Source of the DNA: Candidatus Multivoradales bacterium
GTDB lineage: Bacteria; Acidobacteriota; Thermoanaerobaculia; Multivoradales; Multivoraceae
Assembly: GCA_965223325.1 (NCBI GenBank)
Contig: CBDCWI010000002.1
Coordinates: 3,744,001-3,808,000, forward strand
DNA length: 64,000 bases
Reading direction: 5' to 3'
Below the pieces are notes generated by a model that was not told where the DNA came from, searched no databases, and worked only from the letters and a program-made list of their open reading frames with translations. The translations under genes were made by a program, and so were the position numbers. Shown piece by piece: positions 38,430 to 48,665 of the stretch; position 1 is the first letter of the stretch; every line of letters begins with the position of its first letter.

Positions 38430-41120
38430 TCAGGGGTAGTAGCCGCGAATCGTCTTGGCTTTGGCGCCAGGCGCGTCGACTCTCACCTCGACGGACCGGA
38501 AGCCGGAGCGTGGGTCGCTGTTCGTAGACTGATAGGCAATCAGATACCGAGAGCGGAGCTCCTGCTCGATGGCCGCATAGATGGCGTCGAGCTCGTCGAC
38601 GCCCTTGATGAAGAAGGAACGCCCGCCGGTCTCATCGGCGAGCCGGGTGAGGTTGCGCTTGGCAATACCCGACTCTTTGCCAGTGATGTTGAGGCCGATG
38701 GCGTAGATCGAAACACCGGCACGCCTGGCGTACTCGAGGGTCTGATCGAACGAGAAGCGGCTGACCTCGTCTTTTCCGTCAGAGAGAAGCAGCATCGCCT
38801 TCTGGCCCTTGAGGCCGTTCATGTAGTAGAGCGAGAACACCATGGCGTCCCACAGTGCGGTGCCGCGTTCTGCCTTCAGGCCAGCCAACCCTCCCGCTAG
38901 CTCATCGACCTCGTTGGTCATCTTGACCATCAGGTTGGGGTGGTCGTTGAAGGTCACCAGGGCGGCGCGGTCCTTGGGGGTGATGGCACTCTCGAAGAAC
39001 TGCAACGCTGCCTGCTGGACCTCTTGCACGTTGTCCTTCATCGAGGCGGAGACATCGATGACGACCTCGGCGTGGATCGGCAGGTTGTCGACCTTCTCGA
39101 AGCGCGCAATGGTCTGGGCCACGCCGTCTTCGGTGACGCTGAAGTTCGATGCCGCGAGGCCCTGGATTGGCCGCCCGTTCTTGTCCAGGGCAGAGGTGTA
39201 CATCTCGACGAACTCGATGTCGAGGTTCTCGAGGTAGTCGGGAGCGTTGATGTACTCCATATCATCGGTGGCGTTGCCGTCAGGGAGGTAGGCGACAGCG
39301 CGGATGTAGGCCAGTTCGCCGGGATTGGGCAGATCGATGCGGGCGACCCACGGTTCCTGGTAGAGCGTCGCGACGAGGTCTTCGTTGTGGAAGAACTCAA
39401 CCCGTTCGACGGGACGACCTTCGGGAGTGAGCACCGATGCCTCAGCATCGACGGAGGAAGCGTAGTCGACCCCGCTGCGAGGCTCGATGAGCGCCACCTC
39501 GAACTGGTGCTCGCCCGCATTGATCGTCATCTGGTCGCTGGTCAGCTCGACGCCGTCGGCGTCGTGGGCGGAAACGCGGACCTCATGGGTTCTCGGAACC
39601 GAACCCAGGTTGAGCTCGACGGAATAGGGCGGCCGGCGCTTTTGCAGGACGACCTGGTCGTTGAGCCAGAACTTGACTTCTTCGATACCTACGCCGGTTG
39701 CCAGCGTGTCGAAGCGCACCATGCCGACCTGCATCGTGCCATGTGGTTCGAGCAGTTTGATGGTCGCGATGTCGGAGCCGATCACGATATTGGCTTCCTC
39801 GAGCAGGCGCCTTGTCTCGGGGTCTTCGGGAACACGCCGGTCGGCAACGTCAATGAGCGGCACCTCGATGGCGTCCTCGTAGCGGAAGAAGCTCTTGCCG
39901 TTGAGGTCTTCGAGGCGCAATACGAGCCGGTAAGAGCCGGGGCGCAGGCGGCGCTCGAAGACCAGCGGGATCTTCACTCCCTGCACCTCATTGGCGGACA
40001 GGTCGTACTTGTAGCGGAACTGTTCGAAGAGCTTGGGGGTGTCTCCCTCAGCTGGCGTCGGGTCAAGAACCTCGCCAGTGAGAAAGAAGTTGTAGCCGGT
40101 GTGGTCGGCCAGCTGGACGGTTCCGATCTGCTCTTTGTCGACCGAGAGCACGCCGCGCATGACGGTACGACTCTGATAGCGGTCGGGGTACTCGAGACTG
40201 ACCTCGGCGTCGAACGTGTTGGCGTCCTCAGGGATCTCGGTGGTGTAGGAGGCAAAGGTCTCGAGCCACTCGCCATCAGGCGTTTCGGACGGCCGCTCAG
40301 TGCGCGCCAGAGTCATCTCGTAGTCCATGCGATAGCTCGGGTGAAGCGCACGCGAAAGGATGCCGGCCACAACGTCGCCGTCCTTGCAGGAGTAGATGTC
40401 TTGAAAGAAGGTCTGGATGTTGGCGCCGGAGGCTGATGAGGCGTCTGCGCCAGTGGCGATCAAGTCGCGCACCCCATCGCTCGGCCGCCACAGGTAGTAG
40501 CGCTGGGCACCCCACTTGCGGTGGAAAATCAAGAAGAACTCGTGCCCGACACGTTCACTTCGGCGATAGATCCAGATGTCGAGCGGTACGACCACCTGCG
40601 TGCACTTGAACTCGATCCGACCGTCGGGTGGGCCGTTGAGGAGCATCATGCGCGCGCGGTCGTCGTTTTGTTCTTCACCGAACTCCTGCTTGATGAACTG
40701 CAGGCGCTCGTACCACTGGATCTTGAACTCGTTGCGCGGCGACTCGGGGAACGGATCGCGAATGCGCCAGAAGCGCTCGATGAAGGCGTCGCGTTGATAG
40801 TCCTTTTCGATCTCGAGGAACGCCTGCCGCTCCTCGTCGCTGATCAGCCAGTGCACCTCGTGTAGCCACTGCCGGTAGGGGGCCGGCAAAGCCTCGGTGA
40901 GCTCGCGGACCTCTTTGCGACGCATCTTGCGCTTGCGCTTCTTTTCCGGTTTCGCCTCCTCTGCCTCAGCAACGTGCCCTTCGGCCGTCTCTTCGGCGCC
41001 TGCCTGCTGAGCGGTCACTGGGTTGGAGATCAGGACGAGCGCCATGGCAGAACCGACGAGCCCGGCCAGGATCGGACTCACGGAGGGTGGGAAGCGCTTG
41101 TTGAATCGAGGTGGCATCAT
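38430..41120 (-). CDS. Exported GWxTD-like + Ig-like + VWA domain protein (paralog 2)
   Basis: YRQWLHEVHWLISDEERQAF..RDAFIERFWRIRDPFPESPRNEFK...DRARMMLLNGPPD; MIDAS DVSAS, SDGKD; ends GYYP like paralog 1. Confidence 0.85.
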   Translation of the reverse strand: MMPPRFNKRFPPSVSPILAGLVGSAMALVLISNPVTAQQAGAEETAEGHVAEAEEAKPEKKRKRKMRRKEVRELTEALPAPYRQWLHEVHWLISDEERQAFLEIEKDYQRDAFIERFWRIRDPFPESPRNEFKIQWYERLQFIKQEFGEEQNDDRARMMLLNGPPDGRIEFKCTQVVVPLDIWIYRRSERVGHEFFLIFHRKWGAQRYYLWRPSDGVRDLIATGADASSASGANIQTFFQDIYSCKDGDVVAGILSRALHPSYRMDYEMTLARTERPSETPDGEWLETFASYTTEIPEDANTFDAEVSLEYPDRYQSRTVMRGVLSVDKEQIGTVQLADHTGYNFFLTGEVLDPTPAEGDTPKLFEQFRYKYDLSANEVQGVKIPLVFERRLRPGSYRLVLRLEDLNGKSFFRYEDAIEVPLIDVADRRVPEDPETRRLLEEANIVIGSDIATIKLLEPHGTMQVGMVRFDTLATGVGIEEVKFWLNDQVVLQKRRPPYSVELNLGSVPRTHEVRVSAHDADGVELTSDQMTINAGEHQFEVALIEPRSGVDYASSVDAEASVLTPEGRPVERVEFFHNEDLVATLYQEPWVARIDLPNPGELAYIRAVAYLPDGNATDDMEYINAPDYLENLDIEFVEMYTSALDKNGRPIQGLAASNFSVTEDGVAQTIARFEKVDNLPIHAEVVIDVSASMKDNVQEVQQAALQFFESAITPKDRAALVTFNDHPNLMVKMTNEVDELAGGLAGLKAERGTALWDAMVFSLYYMNGLKGQKAMLLLSDGKDEVSRFSFDQTLEYARRAGVSIYAIGLNITGKESGIAKRNLTRLADETGGRSFFIKGVDELDAIYAAIEQELRSRYLIAYQSTNSDPRSGFRSVEVRVDAPGAKAKTIRGYYP

Positions 41121-41275
41121 CGATGGTCCTTTTGCGCAGCGCAAAATGGCCTGAGGAGCGTCACTGCTCCGGCGACCGAACCGCCGTGTGGGCGGTGCGA
41201 GGGTCTATGGCGGAGCCAACACGCCGGGTCTATGAGTCTATTCCGCTCGGCGACCCCGCAGATATAGTCGGTCGG

Positions 41276-42514
41276 ATGGGCACTTCGAGCGCGAACGACG
41301 GTCGCTGGTACTTCGACCACAATGCCACCAGTCCGCCCGATCCGCGGGTGGTCGAGGCGATGCTGCCCTGGCTGGGTGCCCAGCACGGCAACCCGTCGTC
41401 GGTTCACTCGCATGGTCAGGCTGCGCGTGCGGCGATCGAACAGGCCAGGGTCGAGGTCGCTGGGCTCCTGGGTGCCAGCGCCCTCGAGGTCGTCTTCATG
41501 GGCTCTGGTACCGAAGCCAACAACGCGGTCGTTCTGTCGGTGGTGGCCAATGGGCTGGAGCCGGCGTCCTCGAGCGACGCGGCGACTACCCTTCCCCACC
41601 TTGTCATTCCGTCGTTCGAACACCCCTCCATCACGGTGCTTGCCGAAGCGCTCGAAGCGGCCGGCCGGGCTACGGTGACCTGGGTTGATCCATCTCCGTC
41701 GGGCGTCGTCGCGGTCGCCGACATCGAACATGCGCTTCGGCCCGAAACGGTCTTGGTGGCGTTGATGTTGGCCAACAACGAGGTCGGAACGCTGCAGCCA
41801 GTCGCCGAAGTTGCCTCGCTGTGTCGTGAGCGCGGGGTGCCTGTCCTTTGTGACGCAGTTCAAGCGGCTGGCAAGGTCCCCGTTGACGCTCCGACGCTGG
41901 GGGTTGACTGGCTAGTGATCGCGGGCCACAAGTTTCACGGTCCTCTCGGCGCAGCGGCCCTCTGGATGCGTCCTTCGGCCGTTTTCGAGCCCCTTCTGGT
42001 GGGAGGCCGGCAGGAGCGCGGTCGCCGTTCGAGTACCGAGAATGTGCCGGCGATCGTCGGTTTGGGAACAGCTTGTCGCTTGGCCGCCGGTGAGCTGGCG
42101 GAGCGGGCGCGCCACCTCGAGGGCCTGAGGCGTCGCTTCGAGGACGGCCTGGCCGCCATTCCAGACGCCCGAGTTCATGGCGACACGGTCGAACGCCTTC
42201 CCCATACGACCAACGTCGCCTTTCCCGGGCTCGTGGGTCAGGACCTGGTGATTCGAATGGATCTCGTCGGCTGTTGCCTGTCGACCGGCGCCGCCTGCGC
42301 TTCCGGCGTGGTCGAGCCGAGTGCGACGCTCAAGGCGCTTGGCCTCGATGACGAAGAGGCGATTGGAACGGTTCGGGTGAGTTTCGGGATGCCCAACACG
42401 GTCTCTCATGTCGACCATCTGCTGTCTCAGTTGGCCGTCGCCGTTGCCAGCCTGCGGGATCGCAGGTCGAGCACTGGTAGGCAGTCGGCGTCCGAGGTGG
42501 TTGGTTCCCGATGA
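41276..42514 (+). CDS. Cysteine desulfurase (IscS/NifS group)
   Basis: YFDHNATS, GNPSS, ANNEVG, DAVQ, PLP-Lys GHKFHGP, catalytic STGAACASG; coupled to mnmA. Confidence 0.93.
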   Translation: MGTSSANDGRWYFDHNATSPPDPRVVEAMLPWLGAQHGNPSSVHSHGQAARAAIEQARVEVAGLLGASALEVVFMGSGTEANNAVVLSVVANGLEPASSSDAATTLPHLVIPSFEHPSITVLAEALEAAGRATVTWVDPSPSGVVAVADIEHALRPETVLVALMLANNEVGTLQPVAEVASLCRERGVPVLCDAVQAAGKVPVDAPTLGVDWLVIAGHKFHGPLGAAALWMRPSAVFEPLLVGGRQERGRRSSTENVPAIVGLGTACRLAAGELAERARHLEGLRRRFEDGLAAIPDARVHGDTVERLPHTTNVAFPGLVGQDLVIRMDLVGCCLSTGAACASGVVEPSATLKALGLDDEEAIGTVRVSFGMPNTVSHVDHLLSQLAVAVASLRDRRSSTGRQSASEVVGSR

Positions 42515-43755
42515 CAACGAGCGCCCGAGAGACCTTAGCCGTCAACGGTAGCGGTCTGACCGCAGTCGCGATGAGCGGTGGGTTGGATTCCTCGGTGGTG
42601 GCGTGGTTGCTGGCGCAGCAAGGAGACGCACCGCTGGTTGGCCTGTCGATGTTGCTCTGGGACCAAAGCGAGAAGCCGCGGACCGAGACGTCGAACGGCG
42701 GTTCTGGGCGGTGTTGCGGAGCGCTCGATCTCGGCGACGCCAGGCGGGTGGCCGCCCAGGTTGGCATCCCCCACTACACCTTGCGTATGGATGAGGACTT
42801 CCGGCGCACGGTGGTCGACCCTTTCGTTGACGACTACCTGGCAGGCCGGACCCCGAGCCCCTGCGTGCGCTGCAATACCTTTGTGAAGTTCGATGCGCTG
42901 ATCGAGCGCGCTGCCGACCTCGGCGCCGAGCGCCTGGCCACCGGTCACTATGCACGTATTCTGGAGGGGCGCGAAGGTCTCGAGCTCCATCAGGCGAGCT
43001 TCGTCGACAAGGACCAGAGCTACTACCTTTTCGAGCTCGACCAGCGAACCCTGGAACGCACCCTGTTTCCACTCGGTGCCCTCGAGAAGGACGCCGTGCG
43101 TCAGATGGCGGCCCTCGCCGGTCTGGCGGTTGCCGGTAAGGGCGAAAGCATGGAGGTGTGCTTCGTGGACTCCGGGATTCGCGATTTCGTCGAGGTCGAA
43201 GCATCCCGGCGCGGCATCGAGGACCAACGACTCGGGTCGCCGGCCGAGATTCGCACTTCAGACGGCGAGTTGATCGGCCGAGGGCAGCCGTTCTATCGCT
43301 ACACGGTCGGTCAGCGTCGCGGGCTCGGGATCGGTGGCGGAAAGCGCCTCTACGTTCTGTCGATCGATCCGCCCACGAACCAGGTCACGGTAGGAGAGCG
43401 CGGCGAACTGGCCGCTTCAGGCCTCGAGGGCCGCGGCCTGCATTGGATTGGAGAGGCGCCGGCCGGGGAATCCGAGGTCACGGTGCGCATTCGATCGCGC
43501 CACGCTGGTGTCACGGCGCGCGTCCGGCCGCGCCCCGACGGCCGGGCCCTGGTGCTCTTTGATGAGCCGCAACATGGCGTGGCGCCCGGCCAGGCGGCCG
43601 TTTTCTACGATGGCACGCGAGTTCTCGGCGGCTGTTGGATCGATCGTTCAACTCCTGTCGAGAAGACGACTCTGGTGGATCTCGGCGGGAAGGTGGCCGG
43701 GCATGACAAAGTTGTGGGTGAGGCGGGGGGAGGGATGCCATATGACTGTGACTGA
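42511..43755 (+). CDS. mnmA: tRNA 2-thiouridine(34) synthase
   Basis: AMSGGLDS, TPSPCVRCN, ATGHYA, KDQSYYL, YTVGQRRGLG, APGQAAVFY. Confidence 0.96.
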   Translation: MTTSARETLAVNGSGLTAVAMSGGLDSSVVAWLLAQQGDAPLVGLSMLLWDQSEKPRTETSNGGSGRCCGALDLGDARRVAAQVGIPHYTLRMDEDFRRTVVDPFVDDYLAGRTPSPCVRCNTFVKFDALIERAADLGAERLATGHYARILEGREGLELHQASFVDKDQSYYLFELDQRTLERTLFPLGALEKDAVRQMAALAGLAVAGKGESMEVCFVDSGIRDFVEVEASRRGIEDQRLGSPAEIRTSDGELIGRGQPFYRYTVGQRRGLGIGGGKRLYVLSIDPPTNQVTVGERGELAASGLEGRGLHWIGEAPAGESEVTVRIRSRHAGVTARVRPRPDGRALVLFDEPQHGVAPGQAAVFYDGTRVLGGCWIDRSTPVEKTTLVDLGGKVAGHDKVVGEAGGGMPYDCD

Positions 43756-44374
43756 AACAAGACGCCGTGACCCGGTGTCCACCCGTGCTTCGATCCTCGA
43801 GGGAGCGGAGCGCCTGTTCGTCGAGAAGGGGTTCGCTGCAACGTCGATGAGTGACATCGCACTCGCGGCAGGAGTGACCAAGAGCCTCATCCACCACCAC
43901 TTCGGCTCCAAGCAGGAGCTGTGGAAAGAGATCAAGCGCACTCGGCTGGCCGAATGGGTCGAAGCACAGAACGACATCGTGTCGTCAAAAGACGCTTCGG
44001 GCGATCTCGTGTTGAAGCGGGCGATTCAGTCCTACTTCACCTTCCTGCGCGAGAACCCCGACGTGGTGCGGTTGATCTCCTGGATGACCCTTGAAGATCC
44101 GTCCTTCTCGGAGTTGGTTCACCCCGAGTTGCTCGACCGGGGTGTCGAGCGGCTGCGCCAGGATCAAAAGGCGGGAACGCTGCGCTCGGACGTCGACGCC
44201 AAGCACATTCTGTCGATGTTCGTTTCGCTGTCGGTGCACTGGTTCATGGGTCGCAACACCCTCGGGAGCAAGCGCCTTCTTGGCGATGCCGATCCGGACT
44301 ACGACGCCGACAGCGCCTACCTCGAAGACATGACAACGGTCTTCTTGGACGGCCTGCGACCTCGTGGCGGCTGA
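43742..44374 (+). CDS. TetR/AcrR family transcriptional regulator
   Basis: ILEGAERLFVEKGFAATSMSDIALAAGVTKSLIHHHFGSKQEL HTH. Confidence 0.93.
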   Translation: MTVTETRRRDPVSTRASILEGAERLFVEKGFAATSMSDIALAAGVTKSLIHHHFGSKQELWKEIKRTRLAEWVEAQNDIVSSKDASGDLVLKRAIQSYFTFLRENPDVVRLISWMTLEDPSFSELVHPELLDRGVERLRQDQKAGTLRSDVDAKHILSMFVSLSVHWFMGRNTLGSKRLLGDADPDYDADSAYLEDMTTVFLDGLRPRGG

Positions 44375-44389
44375 GAGACCACCAGTCTA

Positions 44390-44824
44390 GTGAGCGATGA
44401 CCGGGCGCTGGTGCTCGAGCGCCTGGCGGGTGTGTTTGGTGTACTGCGTTTGCCTCCGGGTTCGCTCGGAGTGGAGCGCAGGGCCGAACTGGGCGCCCTT
44501 TCAGAAGCGTTCTTTTCGCTGACTCAGACCGCCGAAGAAGCTTCTGTCGTGGCATCCATGTCTGCTTTGTCCGCCTGCTGTGAGGGCCTCGCCGACGGCG
44601 AGTGCGAACTGGAGAGCGACTTCGTTCTCTACCGAGTGGCCGGGACCCTCGACTTTTCTCTCACCGGCATCTTGTCCCGGCTTCTGGATCCGCTTGCCGA
44701 AGAACGCATCTCGGTCTTCGCGCTTTCGACCTACGACACCGACTGGATCATGGTGCCGGTGGCGCGCGCTAACGACGCCGAAGCCGCCTGGAGCAGGGCT
44801 TCGTTTCAGGTCGCCGCGTCCTAG
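44390..44824 (+). CDS. ACT domain-containing protein
   Basis: LTQTAEEASVV and LDFSLTGIL..PLAEERISVFALSTYDTDWIMV. Confidence 0.88.
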   Translation: MSDDRALVLERLAGVFGVLRLPPGSLGVERRAELGALSEAFFSLTQTAEEASVVASMSALSACCEGLADGECELESDFVLYRVAGTLDFSLTGILSRLLDPLAEERISVFALSTYDTDWIMVPVARANDAEAAWSRASFQVAAS

Positions 44825-45514
44825 CTAAGGGTCCCTTGCGGCCCGCAGGTCGATGACCAGGACGATCTCGCCACGGATGCGGTCGCGCTCTTCGAGAGCG
44901 CTCTGGATCTCCGAGAGGGGGCCGCGCAGAATCTCCTCGTGAAGTTTCGTCATCTCTCGACAAAGCGCAGCCGGCCGGTCGCCGAGTTCGTCGATGGCGC
45001 TTTGGAGAGAGGCCACGATCCGGTGCGGTGACTCGTAGACCACGACCGTATGTGCGAGTTCCCTGGCATGCCGATAGAACGTTCTTCGCTTCCCTCCTTT
45101 GGGTGGTGGAAAGCCCAGGAAGGTGAAAGGAAGCGGAGGCAGTCCCGACAGAGTCAGTGCCGTCACAACCGCCGAGGGCCCGGGCACCGCTGTGACCTGA
45201 AGGTCTTCAGCGATTGCCTGACGGACGAGAAAGAAGCCCGGATCAGAGACCAACGGTGTCCCTGCATCGCTGGTGAGGGCGACCCGGTCGCCGGCGCGCA
45301 GCGCGGCGAGAACCTGTTCGGTACGGGCACGTTCGTTGTGCTCATGGAGCGACAGAAGAGGGCGCTTGATCTCGAGTTGCGCGAGCAGGCGGCCAGTGTG
45401 CCGGGTGTCTTCACACAGGACCAGATCGGCGGCCCGGAATGCATCGCGGGCGCGATCCGAAAGGTCGCCGAGGTTGCCGATGGGCGTCGAGACGAGAATG
45501 AGTTGACCGGACAT
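44825..45514 (-). CDS. rsmI: 16S rRNA C1402 2'-O-methyltransferase
   Basis: STPIGNLGD, CEDTR, SDAGTPLVSDPG, YESPHR, REMTKLHEE. Confidence 0.96.
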   Translation of the reverse strand: MSGQLILVSTPIGNLGDLSDRARDAFRAADLVLCEDTRHTGRLLAQLEIKRPLLSLHEHNERARTEQVLAALRAGDRVALTSDAGTPLVSDPGFFLVRQAIAEDLQVTAVPGPSAVVTALTLSGLPPLPFTFLGFPPPKGGKRRTFYRHARELAHTVVVYESPHRIVASLQSAIDELGDRPAALCREMTKLHEEILRGPLSEIQSALEERDRIRGEIVLVIDLRAARDP

Positions 45515-45578
45515 CTTTCCTGATCGTAGCCGAGCATTCGGCATTCTGAGACTGCCAGCCGATGTAGCCTAAAGCGTC

Positions 45579-46316
45579 ATGTATAGAGCCCCGTTCCTCC
45601 GATCAACAACCCATCTTGCACCGCTTCGTGCCTTGTGCTCACTCGCGTCGGCGGTTCTCGTGATCGGTTGGTGCCCTCACCTGTCAGCCCAGTCGACCCT
45701 GGTGGACCGTACCGTGGCGATTGTCGACGAAGATCCGATTCTGCGCTCCGAGGTGCAAGAGGCCATCATTCTCGGCCTGGTCGAAGCCGCCCCTGACGAG
45801 TCACCAGCGGCGCTCGAGCGCCGTACTCTCGACCAGTTGATCGAGCAGCGCTTGCGCTTGCACGAGGTCGACCGGTTCGAGACTCGTGAGCCTGGGGCGC
45901 TCGAGCTCGACGAGCAGCTGGCGGAGATCAGCGACGCGGTCGGTGGCGAGGCCGCACTCGCGCTCCGCCTCGAGGAGGCGGGGCTCGAGCTCTGGGAGCT
46001 CCGCCAGATCATCGCGCTTCAGCTACGCGTCCTGCGCTTCGTCGAGGAGCGGCTTTCGCCACGCGTCTTCGTCGACCTCGATGACATTCGCGCCTACTAC
46101 GACACGACGCTGGTGCCCGATCTCGAAGCGCGCGCGATCGAAGTGCCGCCGCTCGAGCGCATTCGCGAGGAGATCAGAGCCCTTCTGCAGGAGCAACGGC
46201 TCAACGAGGAGATCGACCGCTGGACCGAAGAGCTGCGCGCCGAAGCCGATGTCATCGACCTTTTCGATCGGCCGCCTGGCAATCCGCTGCCGCGAGTCGA
46301 ACGCTTCGATGGCTGA
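45579..46316 (+). CDS. SurA N-terminal-like periplasmic chaperone (no PPIase domain)
   Basis: Signal peptide; VDRTVAIVDEDPILRSEV; LDQLIEQRL; DIRAYY; WTEELRAEADV. Confidence 0.65.
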   Translation: MYRAPFLRSTTHLAPLRALCSLASAVLVIGWCPHLSAQSTLVDRTVAIVDEDPILRSEVQEAIILGLVEAAPDESPAALERRTLDQLIEQRLRLHEVDRFETREPGALELDEQLAEISDAVGGEAALALRLEEAGLELWELRQIIALQLRVLRFVEERLSPRVFVDLDDIRAYYDTTLVPDLEARAIEVPPLERIREEIRALLQEQRLNEEIDRWTEELRAEADVIDLFDRPPGNPLPRVERFDG

Positions 46317-46334
46317 GCAGGCGAACGAAGAGCT

Positions 46335-48665
46335 CTAGCGCGCCCCGGTAAGGCGAGCGACCTGGGGTTCTGCGGCTGGATCCTCGTTTGCTTCGCCGGC
46401 AGTGCCGTAGATATCTCGATACTGCGCCTGGCCGGAGAGCACCTTCACCAGGTAGTTGCGGGTTTCACGGAAGGTGACCTTGGTGAAGAACTCGGCCGGG
46501 TCGAGTGTGTAGCAGTAGCTCTGCCAGAGCTCGGCTTGAGCCTCGCCAGCGTTGTACGCCGCGACGACCTGGTGCTCGCGGCGGCCGTAGCGTTCGAGCA
46601 GCTCACCCAGATAGGCGGCGCCGAATCGGATGGCCACCTCTGGGCTCTCGAGCTCCCCGGGCTTGAACTCCTTCTGCCCCATGTTGCCAGCGATGCGGGC
46701 CGCGGTTGGGTAGACGAACTGCGTCAGGCCGCGCGCCGCGACTGCCGAAACCGCCTTGGGGTCAAAACGGCTCTCCTGACGAATGATTGCCGCGAGCAGG
46801 AAATGGTCGACTCCCGCGTTCCGACTCTCCTCGGTGAGGTGCTCGCTGTAGGCGAAGGGGTAGAGGGCGCGCCGGTAGCCATCCGGCAGCATCCACTCGG
46901 GTACCGCCTTTGGCTTGCGCTTGTGGAGCACCTCAGAAAGCAGAAGGCCGCGCCGGACCCGGCCGCTGGCGATGAGTCTCTGACTGGCAGAGAGTGCGAG
47001 GGCGTGACGTGCGATCGGGAAGTGCCGCCGCACCACTGCCGCTCCTTCTTCCCAAACTCCAAGCGCCAGGAGCTGTTCTTCGGGTGACGAGAGGCTGCTC
47101 TGCCAAAGCGGCCACTCGGCCACTGGCACGGGCGCCAGGTCGAGGAAGTCAGCGGCGCGTGCGTCGCGGCGCAGGAGAACTTCGAGCCCGCCGCGGGCGC
47201 GCTGGCTATCGCGACTCTCCGCGTCGAACAACAAAGCCGCCCTGGTCAAGTCGCTGGTGGTCGTGCCCCCGGCGCGGCGCTTGGCGTAACGCTCGGCCGC
47301 CTCGGGCAGTCGAGACTCGGAGTCGTCGACCTCAGCCCGCTTCAGGCGCCCCATGACGCTTTGAGATAGCGGGTGGAAGACATCGCGTTCGATGAGTGCT
47401 GCGAAGTGTTCAACCGCTTGATCGGGCCGCCCAAGGAGCTCGAGACGGCGGCCTCTCCAGTAGTCGACCTCGAAGACGGTCGAAGTGCTCGAGCGGCTAG
47501 CGTGGTCGAGCCAGGCCGGTGCGCGGTCCGTTCGCCCGCGCACCAGGTCCGAGGCGGCCAGAAACATCGCGGCGCGGGCGCTCTCGTAGCGCCAGCCCCG
47601 CCTTGAACGCAGGCGGTCGAAGTGGGCCTGGGCGGTCACCTCGTCACCCTTGCGCCAGTGCAGTCGCATGGCACCGATCAACGCAGCGCCGGCGTAGTTT
47701 CCAGTTGGTTGGGCGCCGTAGGCAGCCTCAAAGGCTTGCGCTGCACGTGTCCAGCTCCCCATCAATTCGAGCGAGCGGGCCATCTGGTAGAGCGATTGGG
47801 CCTTCTCGCCGGCACTCGCCACCCGCTCAGAGAGCCCTCCGAAACTCTCCGCAGCCGTGCTGAACCGACCCTGCCAGAAGTCGCTGCGGGCGAGCCGGTA
47901 GCTGTTGTCGTAGTGGCGACCGGTGAGGGTCGACGGGTAGCCACTTGCGGCAACACTCAGGTACTTCGATGCGCGCTCGAACTCGCGATGGTGGTGGAAG
48001 GTGCGACCGATTCGGGTGGTCATGGCGATGTCTTCGTTGTCGCTCAGACCATCGAGGCGGATGGCTGCTTCGCGGGCCGGGAGGTCGTCGACCTTTTCCT
48101 GCAACAGGCGCCGGAATCGACTGATCGCCTTCTCCGTCTCGCCGCTCCTGAGGTCGCAGTCGCCGCGCGCTAGCTCGAGGGCGCGGCGGGCGCTGGTTGG
48201 AAGTCGGCTGTTGGAAATGCCGGCCAGAAGGCGGCAGTCGCCACCCTGGTCAAGGGTGCGCACCAGAACTGCGGTCGCCTCGTCGGCCAGACTACGGGGC
48301 GGTCCTTCCGCCAGAACGGTCGCAATGACCCCGGCGGCGACTTCGGGATGCCCGAGGGCTTCCTGAGCGCGGGCGATGCGCAGTCGCGACCAGTCTTCGA
48401 GGCTCGGCTTGCTCGAGACGGCGAGCGCAAAAGACGCCGACGCCTCGCGATGCCGGCCGAGCTTTGCCAGCAGGTGGCCCCGTAGGTAGTCGAGACCCAG
48501 GCGCGCGGCGGCTTCTTCGTCGCCACTGCGCAGGGCATCTGTGGCGGCCAGTGCACCCTCGTAGTCACCGGCGATCTGCATCTCGACCAGCGGGATGCGG
48601 TCGTCGGACGCGAGGGCCAGGTTGGCGACGAGCCCGCTGACTGCGAGGCTGAGAATGGCCTTCAC
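46335..48665 (-). CDS. TPR-containing soluble lytic transglycosylase (Slt-like)
   Basis: AIIRQESRFDP..S...ARGLTQF, GAAYL, AAYNAGE, FRETRNYLVKV; helical repeats; start placed at GTG 48665 (uncertain). Confidence 0.88.
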   Translation of the reverse strand: MKAILSLAVSGLVANLALASDDRIPLVEMQIAGDYEGALAATDALRSGDEEAAARLGLDYLRGHLLAKLGRHREASASFALAVSSKPSLEDWSRLRIARAQEALGHPEVAAGVIATVLAEGPPRSLADEATAVLVRTLDQGGDCRLLAGISNSRLPTSARRALELARGDCDLRSGETEKAISRFRRLLQEKVDDLPAREAAIRLDGLSDNEDIAMTTRIGRTFHHHREFERASKYLSVAASGYPSTLTGRHYDNSYRLARSDFWQGRFSTAAESFGGLSERVASAGEKAQSLYQMARSLELMGSWTRAAQAFEAAYGAQPTGNYAGAALIGAMRLHWRKGDEVTAQAHFDRLRSRRGWRYESARAAMFLAASDLVRGRTDRAPAWLDHASRSSTSTVFEVDYWRGRRLELLGRPDQAVEHFAALIERDVFHPLSQSVMGRLKRAEVDDSESRLPEAAERYAKRRAGGTTTSDLTRAALLFDAESRDSQRARGGLEVLLRRDARAADFLDLAPVPVAEWPLWQSSLSSPEEQLLALGVWEEGAAVVRRHFPIARHALALSASQRLIASGRVRRGLLLSEVLHKRKPKAVPEWMLPDGYRRALYPFAYSEHLTEESRNAGVDHFLLAAIIRQESRFDPKAVSAVAARGLTQFVYPTAARIAGNMGQKEFKPGELESPEVAIRFGAAYLGELLERYGRREHQVVAAYNAGEAQAELWQSYCYTLDPAEFFTKVTFRETRNYLVKVLSGQAQYRDIYGTAGEANEDPAAEPQVARLTGAR

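Noticed and set aside
5770-40436. Long antisense ORFs (e.g. 5770-7434, 7636-9039, 25937-27148, 28865-30442, 38940-40436)
   Set aside because: Typical shadow frames of high-GC coding sequence opposite well-supported genes; no motifs.
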